Origin: an uncultured Oscillospiraceae bacterium
Lineage (GTDB): Bacteria > Bacillota > Clostridia > Oscillospirales > Oscillospiraceae
Assembly: GCA_947624585.1 (NCBI GenBank)
Contig: CANQKZ010000001.1
Location: 1-59,639, forward strand
DNA: 59,639 nt
Reading direction: 5' to 3'
In this document: in pieces, positions 17,111 to 26,644 of the stretch
How positions within the stretch are numbered: position 1 is the stretch's first letter
Layout of the letters: each line of letters begins with the position of its first letter
Notes under the pieces: model-generated
The model's database searches: none
What the model saw: only the letters and a program-made list of their open reading frames with translations
What the model was told of the DNA's origin: nothing
Program-made: the position numbers and the translations under genes

Positions 17111-18541
17111 ATGATAGGGATCTCCAGTAAGTTTGCGGTTTTGAATAAGCTCATCACCAGAGACTTAAACAAGAACACCAACACGCCGACCTTTCCCCTT
17201 TATACAAAGGAGAATATCCAGGAATACCTGAAGAACCCATACACCTATGAAAAGCAGCTGAGGAATGCGGTCACCTATATCTATGGGGCGAGCTCGCACT
17301 TCAGGCGGATCATAGCGTATTTCGCGTCCCTGACGGACTTAGCGTATGTGGTGTCGCCCTATCGGATCGACCCGGCGTCGGCCAACAAAAAGACGGTGGC
17401 CAGAAATTACAGGAGGGTCCTGAACACCATGGCGGCGATGAGCGTGCGGACACAGTTCCCGAAGATCCTGACGGTGTGCCTGAGGGAGGATGTGTTTTAC
17501 GGGACGCTGTGGGTCACCAGCGATAACATCACCATCCAGCAGCTTCCGTCGGATTACTGCGCTATCTCCACCATCGAGGGGAACGTGCCGAATGTGTCCT
17601 TTGACTTTTCCTACTTCGACAGCCACGGGGACAGCCTGCCCTTTTATCCGGCTGAGTTCACCGCGAAATACAACGCCTACCGGTCAGACCGGCAGAATAA
17701 GCGCTGGCAGGAGCTGGACGCGCCCAACTCCTTTGCCATCAAGTGCAACAACGACATCCTGGCCTACGCCGTGCCGCCCTTTGCGGGGATCCTCCGGGAG
17801 ATCTACGACATAGAGGATTATAAGGCCTTAAAGCTTACGAAGACGGCGCTGGAGAACTACGCCATGGTGGTGATGACGCTGGAGACGGACGAGGACGGGC
17901 ATTGGAAGCTCGACTACGACAAAGCCAAGGAGTTCTGGCGGAACCTGGACGCGGTCCTGCCGGAGGAGGTGGGGTCGGTCCTGACGCCGATGCCCATTGA
18001 CAAGATCAGCTTTGAGCGGACCCACACCGGGGACACGGACAACGTGGCGGAGGCGGAGAGCAATCTCTTTTCCGCGGCGGGCGTTTCCTCGCTCCTTTTC
18101 GATAACGCCAAGGCGTCGGCCAACGCGCTGGTGCTGTCTATCAAGGCGGACCAGGCCATTACCTTTGGGATCGTGAAGAGCATCGAGGACATGGTCAACC
18201 GGTTCCTCTGGGCGCAGGGGTACGGGAAGAACTTCAAGGTGACGTTCCTGGACTGCTCCCCCTTCAACCGGAAGGAGGTGGGGGATATGTACATCAAGGC
18301 GTGCCAGTACGGCCTGCCGTTCATCTCCATGTACGCGGCGTCCCAGGGTCTCAGCCAGATCGAGATGGACTCCATGAGCTTCTTGGAGAACGATGTACTG
18401 AACCTGCCGGAGAGGTTTAAGCCGCTGGAGAGCTCCGCCACCCAAAGCGCCGGCGAGGGCGCCACCGATGAGGGCGGGGCGCCCATGAAGGACGTGGACG
18501 AGCTTTCGGAGAGCGGGGAGCAGAACCGCGAGGACGCTTAG
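17111..18541 (+). CDS. Portal protein
   Basis: About 476 aa, directly after terL, with an acidic C-terminal tail. The start is ATG 17111 or GTG 17102. Confidence 0.75.
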   Translation: MIGISSKFAVLNKLITRDLNKNTNTPTFPLYTKENIQEYLKNPYTYEKQLRNAVTYIYGASSHFRRIIAYFASLTDLAYVVSPYRIDPASANKKTVARNYRRVLNTMAAMSVRTQFPKILTVCLREDVFYGTLWVTSDNITIQQLPSDYCAISTIEGNVPNVSFDFSYFDSHGDSLPFYPAEFTAKYNAYRSDRQNKRWQELDAPNSFAIKCNNDILAYAVPPFAGILREIYDIEDYKALKLTKTALENYAMVVMTLETDEDGHWKLDYDKAKEFWRNLDAVLPEEVGSVLTPMPIDKISFERTHTGDTDNVAEAESNLFSAAGVSSLLFDNAKASANALVLSIKADQAITFGIVKSIEDMVNRFLWAQGYGKNFKVTFLDCSPFNRKEVGDMYIKACQYGLPFISMYAASQGLSQIEMDSMSFLENDVLNLPERFKPLESSATQSAGEGATDEGGAPMKDVDELSESGEQNREDA

Positions 18542-18550
18542 AGGTGACGG

Positions 18551-18733
18551 ATGAAAAGGTTTGTCTATGTGTTCTGCACCGAAGACAGGGACGTGCTCCT
18601 GGCGGAGGGGTATGAGCTTCTCTGCGAGGCGAAGGAGCAGGAGGTCTATGTCTTTTTGAATCGGGAGGGAGAGCCGGAGGGGCTTACGCTTCCGAGGCTG
18701 GAGACGGATGTGGTGAGGTTTTGGGTGGGGTAG
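18551..18733 (+). CDS. Small hypothetical protein
   Basis: 60-aa ORF with RBS GAGGTG 4 nt upstream of the ATG. Confidence 0.5.
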   Translation: MKRFVYVFCTEDRDVLLAEGYELLCEAKEQEVYVFLNREGEPEGLTLPRLETDVVRFWVG

Positions 18734-19165
18734 GATCACCCCTGCGGCTTCGGCGCTGTCCGCGACCTGGGAGTGGCTTTTTGTTGTGGGCGGGTGCGGG
18801 GTGTCGGGACCGATCTGTTATCCTACCTTCGCTACCCCCCTGCCCCCTCCTACGAGGAGGGGGCTTTAAAAGGTTGCGCCGCTTTGCGGCGCTTTTTGAT
18901 TATCCGCTGCGGCGGGGAGGACCCTTTCGGCGCTGCGCGCCACCTCCCCCACGGGGGAGGTTAACGGGGGCTCGAATACCCCGCCGCTGCGGCGGCGCCC
19001 CTCTTTCCCAAAGAGGGGTCAAGGGGAATAAGGTTGCGGCGCTACGCGCCGCCTTTTATTATCCGCTGCGGCGGGGAACCCTTTCGGCGCTTCGCGCCAC
19101 CTCCCCTGAAGGGGAGGCTGACGGGCGGGTTTGGAACCCGCCCCTACATTGTAACCTCCGGAGGG
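18734..19165. repeat. Mosaic GC-rich hairpin array R3 (unit order D-E-B-A-C-B-A-F)
   Basis: Its order is almost the same as R1, which has an extra I unit and lacks the terminal F: D 18733-18775, E 18790-18865, B 18868-18915, A 18921-18960, C 18963-19020, B 19021-19075, A 19078-19118, F (GGGCGGGTTTGGAACCCGCCC) 19122-19142. Confidence 0.85.
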
Positions 19166-19178
19166 GCGGTTAATTTGT

Positions 19179-20723
19179 TTGCGGAAGGTGGTGAGCTCCA
19201 TTGTGAGCGAGAGAAAGTTGAGGATCGTGTTTGCGTCCGGGGTGAGTGGGCTTACGGAGAGGAACGGGTCCTTTGACAGCGGGGTGCTCCGTGTGGCTTA
19301 CACCGGGCGGAACCGCAACAACAGCTTTATAAGCCGGGAGACGTTTGAGCGGTGTATGCCGAGCATCTATAACTGCCCCATCGTCTGCCGGTACGACAGA
19401 CAGACGGACTCCATCGGCGGGCATGACATGGAGCTGGTGACGGACGGCGGCGGGAATATGCGCATCGTCAACATCACCCAGCCCGTGGGCGTCGTCCCCG
19501 AGAGCGCCAGGTACTGGTGGGAGGACATCGAGGACAACTCGGGGCTCCATGAGTATCTGTGCGTGGACGTGCTCCTTTGGAAGAGGCAGGAGGCGTACAG
19601 GAAGATCCGGGAGGACGGCATTACGGACGAGTCTATGGAGATCTCCGTCAAGGACGGGGCCATGGAGGACGGGGTGTATGTGATCCGGGATTTTGAGTTC
19701 AACGCTTTTTGTTTGCTGGGCTCCGTGGAGCCGTGCTTTGAGTCGGCGGCGCTGGAGATGTTCTCCAAGGACGACTTTAGAGAGCAGATGGAGGCGATGA
19801 TGCGGGACTTCAAGGAGTCCTTTTTGGCGGTTTCATCCACGAAAGAGGGTGAAGATAAATTGAATTTTTCAACGGAAGGAGGAGATGGGGCATTGGATGA
19901 GAAGATCGCTCTGGTGCGGGAATACGGGTTCGACGCGGACAAGCTGGAGTTCTCCCTGGATGAGCTGACGGCGGACGAGCTCCGGGAGAAGCTTGAGGCG
20001 CTCAAGGCCGCCGGGGAGAACGCCGGTTCCTTTGGCCTGGAGGGAAATTTTCAAAGCGAGCTCATGGACGCTCTGGGAGAAGAGAAGGTCGAAGCCTGCT
20101 GGGGGACGGACTCCAGATACTGGTTCTGGGACTACGACAGGGACCTTTCCGAGGTCTACGCCACGGATATCACCGACTGGAAGCTCTACGGCTTTGTGTA
20201 TGCCATGGACGGCGACAGCGTGAAGGTGGACTTTTCCAGCAAAAAGCGGATGAAGGTGACGGTGGAACCCTTTGACGGGGGGAGCGCCGAAGACCCGGCG
20301 GCCGGCCTGTTCGCGAGGCTGGCGGAGAAGGTGTCCGCCAAGGAGGCCGAATGGGCCGGGAAATTTCAGGCGGAGGCGGAGAAGAACGCCGGCCTGGAGG
20401 GTGAGCTCAAGGAGCTCCGGGAATTTAAACGTGACGCGGAGGACCGCGCCGCCGAAAACGAGAGGACGCAGATCCTCGGGCGCTTTGCGGACCTTGAGGG
20501 CATCGAGGCCTTTGAGGCGCTGAAGGCGGACCACGCCGGTATGACGGCGGAGGCGCTGGAGGAGAAGTGCTATGCCATCCGCGGCAGGAGCGCCGCGCCG
20601 GCGAAGTTTGCCCTGGAGCAGGGAGGCGCGCCGAAGCTCAAGGTGGAAAAGGCCGAGCCGGAGGAGAAGGAGCCTTACGGCGGGATCTTTGCCGAGTTCG
20701 GGATCAAGCCCGTGACCAAATAA
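19179..20723 (+). CDS. Putative scaffold / head-maturation protease fusion
   Basis: It lies between the portal and capsid genes. The C-terminal half is Ala/Glu/Lys-rich coiled coil (EAEKNAGLEGELKELREFKRDAEDRAAENE). The start is uncertain (TTG 19179, or GTG 19191 or 19203). Confidence 0.55.
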   Translation: MRKVVSSIVSERKLRIVFASGVSGLTERNGSFDSGVLRVAYTGRNRNNSFISRETFERCMPSIYNCPIVCRYDRQTDSIGGHDMELVTDGGGNMRIVNITQPVGVVPESARYWWEDIEDNSGLHEYLCVDVLLWKRQEAYRKIREDGITDESMEISVKDGAMEDGVYVIRDFEFNAFCLLGSVEPCFESAALEMFSKDDFREQMEAMMRDFKESFLAVSSTKEGEDKLNFSTEGGDGALDEKIALVREYGFDADKLEFSLDELTADELREKLEALKAAGENAGSFGLEGNFQSELMDALGEEKVEACWGTDSRYWFWDYDRDLSEVYATDITDWKLYGFVYAMDGDSVKVDFSSKKRMKVTVEPFDGGSAEDPAAGLFARLAEKVSAKEAEWAGKFQAEAEKNAGLEGELKELREFKRDAEDRAAENERTQILGRFADLEGIEAFEALKADHAGMTAEALEEKCYAIRGRSAAPAKFALEQGGAPKLKVEKAEPEEKEPYGGIFAEFGIKPVTK

Positions 20724-20744
20724 TTGAAAGAGGAGGAATTATCA

Positions 20745-21257
20745 ATGGCTTATACAGTGATCCGTACCGACCTGATGAGCGGTACTAAACAGCCCGCGGA
20801 TCTGGTGTCCATCCGTTTCTACGGCGAGGACAGCCAGCCCGCGGAGGTGGAAAACGGCGTTATCGTGAAGCTTGAGGGCTACGAGGACGGCCAGCGCGAG
20901 GTCTACAAGGCCAAGGCCGCCAAGGCCGGCGACAAGCTCAGTGAGTGCGCCATCGTGGCGGGCGTCGAGGTCATGTACGACGAGCGCAAAAAGAACCTGG
21001 ACGAGTACATCAACGAAAAGGGCAAGGCTGTCCGGGCCTATATCCCCCGCAGCCGCAACCTGTTCGCCCTGACCAAGGAGGGCTTCCAGGGCGGCACGGC
21101 GCCCGCCAAGGACGGCACCGTGGGCATCGGCGAGGGCGGCAAGCTCTCCACCTCCGCCAAGGATGTGGGTAAGTGCGTCCATATCGAGACGGTGGGCCGC
21201 TACACCTACTACACCATCCAGATCGGCGCGGCCGAGCCCGCCGAGGCCGGCGAGTAA
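20745..21257 (+). CDS. Hypothetical head protein (decoration-like position)
   Basis: ATG at 20745 after AGGAGG. It lies between the scaffold and major capsid genes. Confidence 0.55.
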   Translation: MAYTVIRTDLMSGTKQPADLVSIRFYGEDSQPAEVENGVIVKLEGYEDGQREVYKAKAAKAGDKLSECAIVAGVEVMYDERKKNLDEYINEKGKAVRAYIPRSRNLFALTKEGFQGGTAPAKDGTVGIGEGGKLSTSAKDVGKCVHIETVGRYTYYTIQIGAAEPAEAGE

Positions 21258-21277
21258 TCAGAAAGGAGTGAAGAAAG

Positions 21278-22294
21278 ATGGCTGATGTGAAAGACATTGT
21301 CAAGGTGGCGGTGGATGCCTACCACGGCAACGTAGAGAAATATTCTGTCGGTCAGTCCATGGAGCTGCTCCGACAGGCTCTTGTGGACGCCAATGGCGGC
21401 AGTACCGTTCTGGACTACCGCAGGATCCGTGACGGCAAGTGCAACGGGCTTTTCTCCATCGTGGAGGAGATCCTGGAGCGGACCGCCGTCGAGGGCCTTC
21501 AGGGCGATGAGTTCTTCAACGCCCTTGTGGACTTCCGCAACCTGGCGGAGGGCGACAAGAACCTCTTCGAGGTGGAGGACAACATCCTCTATGTCGTGGC
21601 CGAGGCGGCCGACGGTACCCAGGGTATCCGCCGTCAGAGGCTGGGCGGCGTGACCGAGACGAGCATCCCCACCTCCATGAAGTACGTGAAGATATACGAG
21701 GAGCTCAACCGGGTGCTTTCCGGCCGCGTGGACTTCAACCGGTTCATCAGCACCGTGTCCGAGTCCATGCGTCAGCGGCTGCTGAACGACATCTATACCC
21801 TCTGGACCGGCGCCACCGAGAAGGACTTCGGCGGGACCACCTATTTCCCCACCGCCGGAAGCTACAACGAGGATGAGCTTCTGGAGCTCGTCTCCCACGT
21901 GGAGGCGGCCGCCGGCGGCAAGCCCGCCACCATCATCGGCACCAAGAAGGCCCTCCGGAAGCTGAAGGAGTCCATCCAGAGCGACGGCGCCAAGGATGAG
22001 CTCCACAACATGGGCTATTACGGGAGCTTCTACGGCACGCCCTGCGTCGCCGTTCCCCAGCGGCACAAGGTGGGCTCCACGGACTTCGTCATGGACGACG
22101 ACACCATCACCGTCATCGCCGGCGACGACAAGCCCATCAAGGTCGTCTACGAGGGCAACCCCATCGTGATCCCCGGCAATCCTCTGGACAACGCCGACCT
22201 CACCCAGGAGTACCTGTACGGTGAGAAGTACGGCCTCGGCATCGTCCTGGCCGGCGGCAACGCCGGTGTGGGACGGTATGAGATGACGGAATAA
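21278..22294 (+). CDS. Major capsid protein
   Basis: 338 aa with strong RBS AAAGGAG, in the canonical position after the scaffold gene. A structured 3' module follows the stop. Confidence 0.75.
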   Translation: MADVKDIVKVAVDAYHGNVEKYSVGQSMELLRQALVDANGGSTVLDYRRIRDGKCNGLFSIVEEILERTAVEGLQGDEFFNALVDFRNLAEGDKNLFEVEDNILYVVAEAADGTQGIRRQRLGGVTETSIPTSMKYVKIYEELNRVLSGRVDFNRFISTVSESMRQRLLNDIYTLWTGATEKDFGGTTYFPTAGSYNEDELLELVSHVEAAAGGKPATIIGTKKALRKLKESIQSDGAKDELHNMGYYGSFYGTPCVAVPQRHKVGSTDFVMDDDTITVIAGDDKPIKVVYEGNPIVIPGNPLDNADLTQEYLYGEKYGLGIVLAGGNAGVGRYEMTE

Positions 22295-22297
22295 AAT

Positions 22298-22620
22298 AAC
22301 TGGCGAAAAATGGCTGCGCCATTTTCCTGCTAAGGGGAACGTGCGGAAACCCTCCGTGAAAAGCCTGCGGGCTTTTCCCAGAGGGTTTCCTGCTGTCACG
22401 CTGCGCGCGCCGCAAGCGGCACACTTGCGTGACAAGAGGTATTTTTTCCGACATACATACCGCCGGAAAAAATGCTCGATAGGGGGGTCTCCCCTTGAAG
22501 GGATTGGGGGCGAACGTGGTCTATCGGGGCTGCTCAAAGCCCTTTGGCCTCCCACCTCATCCGGCGCCTGCGGGCGCAGACTCAAGGGGGAGGCAAATTA
22601 AATCTTTGCGAGCCGGTCCC
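22298..22620. repeat. Post-gene structured module (copy 1 of 3) plus hairpin units (array R4)
   Basis: Hairpin AAAATGGC-TGC-GCCATTTT at 22307-22325. Nested long hairpin GGAAACCCTC..[AAAAGCC-TGCG-GGCTTTT]..GAGGGTTTCC at 22345-22390. Hairpin TTTTTTCCG..CGGAAAAAA at 22442-22472. Related modules occur at 26048-26235 and 49540-49815. Confidence 0.8.
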
Positions 22621-22686
22621 TGCTCAGGACGCGGCTTCTTCGTCCGGGATTTGGACGGGGGATATGAATAAAAGGAGAGTAGAAAA

Positions 22687-23250
22687 ATGGCAAATACAAG
22701 ATCGGGGAAGGCCCAGGAGACGGTGAAGGCGCCGGAGGTTGAGGCGGCGAATGTCGAAGCGCCGAAGACCGAGACGGCGAGGGCGCGGGAGAAGCCGACG
22801 GTGAAGGAGGTGGACCCGAACCAGTATGTCACTGTCCGCAACGGGTTCCAGGGGAGGCTTGTCTACGTCAGCAAGAAGACGGGGGAGAAGTACGTCTGGG
22901 ACAGCTTCGGGGACGAGCAGGACATGGAGCTTTCAGAGCTGAAGAGGGCCAGGAGCTCCGCCAAGAAGCACTTCATCAACAACTGGTTCATGTTCGATGA
23001 GCCGTGGGTCGTGGACTATCTTGGCCTCGGGCAGTATTACAAGGGAGCCGTGAAGATCGAGGATTTTGACAAGATCTTCGCCCTGCCCGCGGGCAAGATC
23101 CGGGAGGCCGTTTCCGGTATGCCCGCCGGACAGAAGCGGTCCGCCGCCTATCGGGCGCGGCAGCTCATCGCCGAGGGGGCCATTGATTCCAACAAGGCGA
23201 TCACGGCGCTGGAGGAGAGCCTTGGGGTCGAGCTCGTGGAGAGAGCATAA
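22687..23250 (+). CDS. Hypothetical structural-module protein
   Basis: 187-aa ORF with RBS AAAAGGAGAG. Confidence 0.6.
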   Translation: MANTRSGKAQETVKAPEVEAANVEAPKTETARAREKPTVKEVDPNQYVTVRNGFQGRLVYVSKKTGEKYVWDSFGDEQDMELSELKRARSSAKKHFINNWFMFDEPWVVDYLGLGQYYKGAVKIEDFDKIFALPAGKIREAVSGMPAGQKRSAAYRARQLIAEGAIDSNKAITALEESLGVELVERA

Positions 23251-23265
23251 GGCGGGCGGTGACGT

Positions 23266-23718
23266 ATGAAGACCGTGCCTTATAACCTTTTCACGGCGGC
23301 GTTCCTGAGTAAGGTGTCGGAGTTCGACCTGCCGGCCATGGGGGACCTGGAGCGCAACGAGACGGTGGACGGATATATGAAGCGGGCCATAGCGGATTTC
23401 AGAAAAAACTGTAAGTATGATTTCTCGACGACCGCCGACGATGTCCTGCGCCGGTTCGATGTGGAGGTCCCGGACGAGGATATCGACGAGCTTGTCCAGA
23501 TTGTCTCGGAGGGGATGCTGGTGCAGTGGATGAAGCCGGCGGTGTACCGGCAGGAGCTCATGGAGAACATCCTGACCACCAGGGATTTCTCCGCCTATTC
23601 CCCGGCGGAGCTTTTGCACCGCGTCCGGGAGGCGTATGACCTGGCACAGCGGGACTTTGTCCAGATGGTGCGAGAGTATTCCTTTAACCACGGGGACCTG
23701 ACGGAGCTGCACCTATGA
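23266..23718 (+). CDS. Putative head-tail connector/adaptor
   Basis: 150 aa, the first of a tightly packed run of small genes between capsid and tail. The call rests on position. Confidence 0.5.
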   Translation: MKTVPYNLFTAAFLSKVSEFDLPAMGDLERNETVDGYMKRAIADFRKNCKYDFSTTADDVLRRFDVEVPDEDIDELVQIVSEGMLVQWMKPAVYRQELMENILTTRDFSAYSPAELLHRVREAYDLAQRDFVQMVREYSFNHGDLTELHL

Positions 23719-24056
23719 CGGTTTCTACCAGGGTGGGCGTGCCGATGGGCGCCGAGGCGCTGGCGGGGTACTTCCGGGAGCTGGTCAACCGGTTCTTTAA
23801 AATCCTCCCCATCCGGGAGGACGGCGGGGAGACGCTGGACACATATATGAGAAGCCTGCAGGCGGAGATCTTGGGGTACAAGGAGCTTTTTGAGGCGACG
23901 GAAGACGACCCCATGCTTTTGTCCCTCGCGGCGACTCTGCAATATTTCATCGACCACCCGGAGATGGAGCTTCGGAGCATGAGAAGAGAGATCTTCAGGG
24001 CGATCTCCGTCTGCAACAAGCTCAAGGCGCGGTACGCCGTACCGAAGGAGGGGTGA
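23715..24056 (+). CDS. Hypothetical head-tail joining protein
   Basis: 113 aa, with a start/stop overlap with the upstream gene. Confidence 0.5.
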   Translation: MTVSTRVGVPMGAEALAGYFRELVNRFFKILPIREDGGETLDTYMRSLQAEILGYKELFEATEDDPMLLSLAATLQYFIDHPEMELRSMRREIFRAISVCNKLKARYAVPKEG

Positions 24057-24059
24057 TAG

Positions 24060-24824
24060 ATGGACCCATGGAAGAGCTATTGCGCCAGGATGGAGACGCG
24101 GGGCCTTGACCGGCGGGAGGCGGCGCTGAAAAGAGAGCGGCGGTTCCTGATCGGCAGGATGCCGGCGAGTCTTTCCTACCATAAGCTCACCGTGGACGGG
24201 GCGGAGCGGGAGATGGCGGTCATCAACTCGGACGACCTGACCCTGAAAACGCTGTGCTCCAGGCCGGGGGAGGACATTCCCCACGGGGGACTTGTGCGGT
24301 GGATGGACAACTACTGGCTGATCACCGAGAAGGACGCGAACAACGAGGTCTACACCAGGGCCAAAATGCGGCAGTGCAACTACCTTTTGCGGTGGGTGGA
24401 CGATCGGGATAACGTCCTGGAGCGGTGGTGCGTGGTGGAGGACGGTACGAAATATCTGACGGGGGAATACGGGGACAACAACTTTGTGGTGACGCGGGGG
24501 GACTCGCGGGTGTATCTGTATTTGCCCAGGGATAAGGACACCGTCAGGCTCAACCGTAAAAGCAGGTTCCTTATCGACGACTACGGGTCGCCGAACGTGC
24601 TGGCCTACAGGCTTACGAAGCCCTTTAAGATGGGCGGGAGCTTCAACGGCAGCGGCGTTTTGGCCTTTGTGCTCACGGAGTGCAACGTGGAGGAGACGGA
24701 CGACCTGGAGCGGCATATCGCCAACTACTATGAACACTTCCCGCGCCGTGGGGACGCCGGGGCTCCGGAGGAGCCGGAAGGGCCGGCGGAGAGCGGCGGG
24801 GAGGAAGGGGGCTCGTGGCTGTGA
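24060..24824 (+). CDS. Hypothetical structural protein
   Basis: 254 aa, in the compact operon arrangement. Confidence 0.55.
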   Translation: MDPWKSYCARMETRGLDRREAALKRERRFLIGRMPASLSYHKLTVDGAEREMAVINSDDLTLKTLCSRPGEDIPHGGLVRWMDNYWLITEKDANNEVYTRAKMRQCNYLLRWVDDRDNVLERWCVVEDGTKYLTGEYGDNNFVVTRGDSRVYLYLPRDKDTVRLNRKSRFLIDDYGSPNVLAYRLTKPFKMGGSFNGSGVLAFVLTECNVEETDDLERHIANYYEHFPRRGDAGAPEEPEGPAESGGEEGGSWL

Positions 24825-25327
24825 CGGGACTGGATGAATTCTATGCCTACAAAAATCAGCTGGCGGAGGACCTTCTGACCAATGAGAAGATCCTGCGGCT
24901 GCTCAGCCCCACGGGCGTGCCGGCGGAGAGGCCGCGGGAGCTGATGTACGCGCAGGTGTTCCCCTATGAATATATGCCGGACACGGTGGAGACGGCGAAC
25001 ACCTATGTTTTCTGCGACGTGGACGTGTCGAAGTCCATGGATAAGACGTACCTAAAGCCGGTCCTCTATGTCTGGATCTTAGTCCACAAGAGCCTTTTGC
25101 GCCTACCGGGCGGGGCCGGGGTGCGCACCGACGCGGTGGCGGCGGAGATCGTCCGGGCTGTCAACGGAAGCCGCAAATACGGCCTGGGGGAGCTGGACTT
25201 CTACTCGGCCAAGCGGTTCTCGCCCATCACGGACTACCAGGGGAAGGTGCTGACCTTCAACGCCGAGGAGTTCAACAGGCTCAGCCCCACAAGACAGCCT
25301 GTCCCCTCCAACCGGAGGCGGAGGTGA
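24815..25327 (+). CDS. Hypothetical structural protein
   Basis: 170 aa, with a GTG start overlapping the upstream gene end. Confidence 0.5.
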   Translation: MAVTGLDEFYAYKNQLAEDLLTNEKILRLLSPTGVPAERPRELMYAQVFPYEYMPDTVETANTYVFCDVDVSKSMDKTYLKPVLYVWILVHKSLLRLPGGAGVRTDAVAAEIVRAVNGSRKYGLGELDFYSAKRFSPITDYQGKVLTFNAEEFNRLSPTRQPVPSNRRRR

Positions 25328-25331
25328 GCCT

Positions 25332-26051
25332 ATGCCCATAAGGCACCTGCTCTATCAAAAGCGCATACAGGTAACCCCGTATATCGCTGTCGAGGTGCCT
25401 ACGGTGGGGGAGATCCTGGAGCGCGAGGACGACTATTACAGCATGGTCTCCATGCTGACGGCGATGCCCATCGACATGATGGTACAGCTGGACGACATCG
25501 GGGTGGACTTCGCGTCCATTAACGAGTATGAGCTGTTCCTGATGCTCTTTAATACGCTGAAGGAGATGAACACGGAACTTATCTTCGGCGGGCTAGACCT
25601 CAAGGGCTTCGAGCCGGCTATCAACCCGGACAATAACCAGATCATGCTGGCAGACAAAAGGAGCGGGGCCAGGATAGACCGGGCGGTACACGGGAAGATC
25701 GCGGGGACGCTGAGGATGCTCCACGGCCTGGAGAAGGACAACCGGCGGCCAGGGAACGACTCGGCGAAGAGCTATATGATCGAGCGGGCCAGGGCGAAGA
25801 TGAAGCGCGCGCGGGGGCGGACGAGCGGCTCACAGCTGGAGGAGCTGATCGTCGCGCTGGTGAATACGGCGGAATTTCCTTACGATTACGAGGAGACACG
25901 AGAACTCTCGATCTATCAGTTCAACCAGAGCCTGCGGCAAATCATCCATAAGATCGACTACGACCACCGGATGCAGGGAGTCTTCGCCGGGACCATCGAC
26001 GCCAAGGGGCTGAGCCAGGAGGATCTGACGTGGGTGAGGAGACTGGCTTGA
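25332..26051 (+). CDS. Hypothetical structural protein
   Basis: 239 aa. Its stop codon lies inside the hairpin TTGAAAGGGC-TGGC-GCCCTTTCAA. Confidence 0.55.
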   Translation: MPIRHLLYQKRIQVTPYIAVEVPTVGEILEREDDYYSMVSMLTAMPIDMMVQLDDIGVDFASINEYELFLMLFNTLKEMNTELIFGGLDLKGFEPAINPDNNQIMLADKRSGARIDRAVHGKIAGTLRMLHGLEKDNRRPGNDSAKSYMIERARAKMKRARGRTSGSQLEELIVALVNTAEFPYDYEETRELSIYQFNQSLRQIIHKIDYDHRMQGVFAGTIDAKGLSQEDLTWVRRLA

Positions 26052-26620
26052 AAGGGCTGGCGCCCTTTCAATGCCAAAGGGGATGCGTGCGAAAACATCG
26101 GGCTGAATTCCGCAGAATTCAGCCCGATGTTTTCTGCCGTTTTGCTCCGCGCACTCGCTTCGCTCGCACACTCCGCAAAACAAAAGGTATTTTTTCCGAC
26201 GTACATGCCGCCGGAAAAAATGCTCGATGAGGGGAGCGTTGCGGCGTGGACGACCCTTCCGGCGCTTCGCGCCACCTCCCCCAAGGGGGAGGCTAGGATG
26301 AGGGACGAAGGCTCGAATACCCCGCCGCCGCGGCGGCACCCCTTTTTCCGAAAAAGGGGCAGGGGGAATAAGGATGCAGCTTTTCGCGCCGCGTTTTGAT
26401 TATCCGCACGGCGGGGACGGGCGGGTTTGGAACCCGCCCCTACAGTTTTAAATTGCGTTCAATCAACGCCGTAGGGGCCGCCACTCCTGGCGGCCCGTGG
26501 CTCGATGACCTCCAAGGTCGCGGTTTATGCGCCGGGTTTGGCGCCCCGTCGGCCCCGAAAAAGGCAATCAAAATGTGTTTCACCCGTCCAGTCGCCGGAC
26601 GGGTTTTGTGTGTTTGAGAA
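26048..26620. repeat. Post-gene structured module (copy 2 of 3) plus mosaic hairpin array R5
   Basis: 10-bp hairpin at 26048-26071. Perfect 20-bp stem GAAAACATCGGGCTGAATTC-CGCA-GAATTCAGCCCGATGTTTTC at 26090-26133. Hairpin TTTTTTCCG..CGGAAAAAA at 26190-26220. These are followed by A, C, B, F and G units at 26255-26500. Confidence 0.85.
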
Positions 26621-26644
26621 TTGGCGGCAGAAAGGAAGAAGGAC

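Noticed and set aside
18955-19020. tRNA genes, suggested by T-arm-like GGGG-CTCGAAT(A)-CCCC motifs that recur in every C unit
   Set aside because: No cloverleaf can be drawn. There is no acceptor stem, D-arm or anticodon arm at the right spacing. The motif is simply one hairpin in the repeat vocabulary.
22307-22325. Classical intrinsic terminators directly after the capsid gene, gene 25332-26051 and the fibre-like gene
   Set aside because: The hairpins are present, but none is followed by a U-tract. I report them as part of a conserved structured module rather than as terminators.
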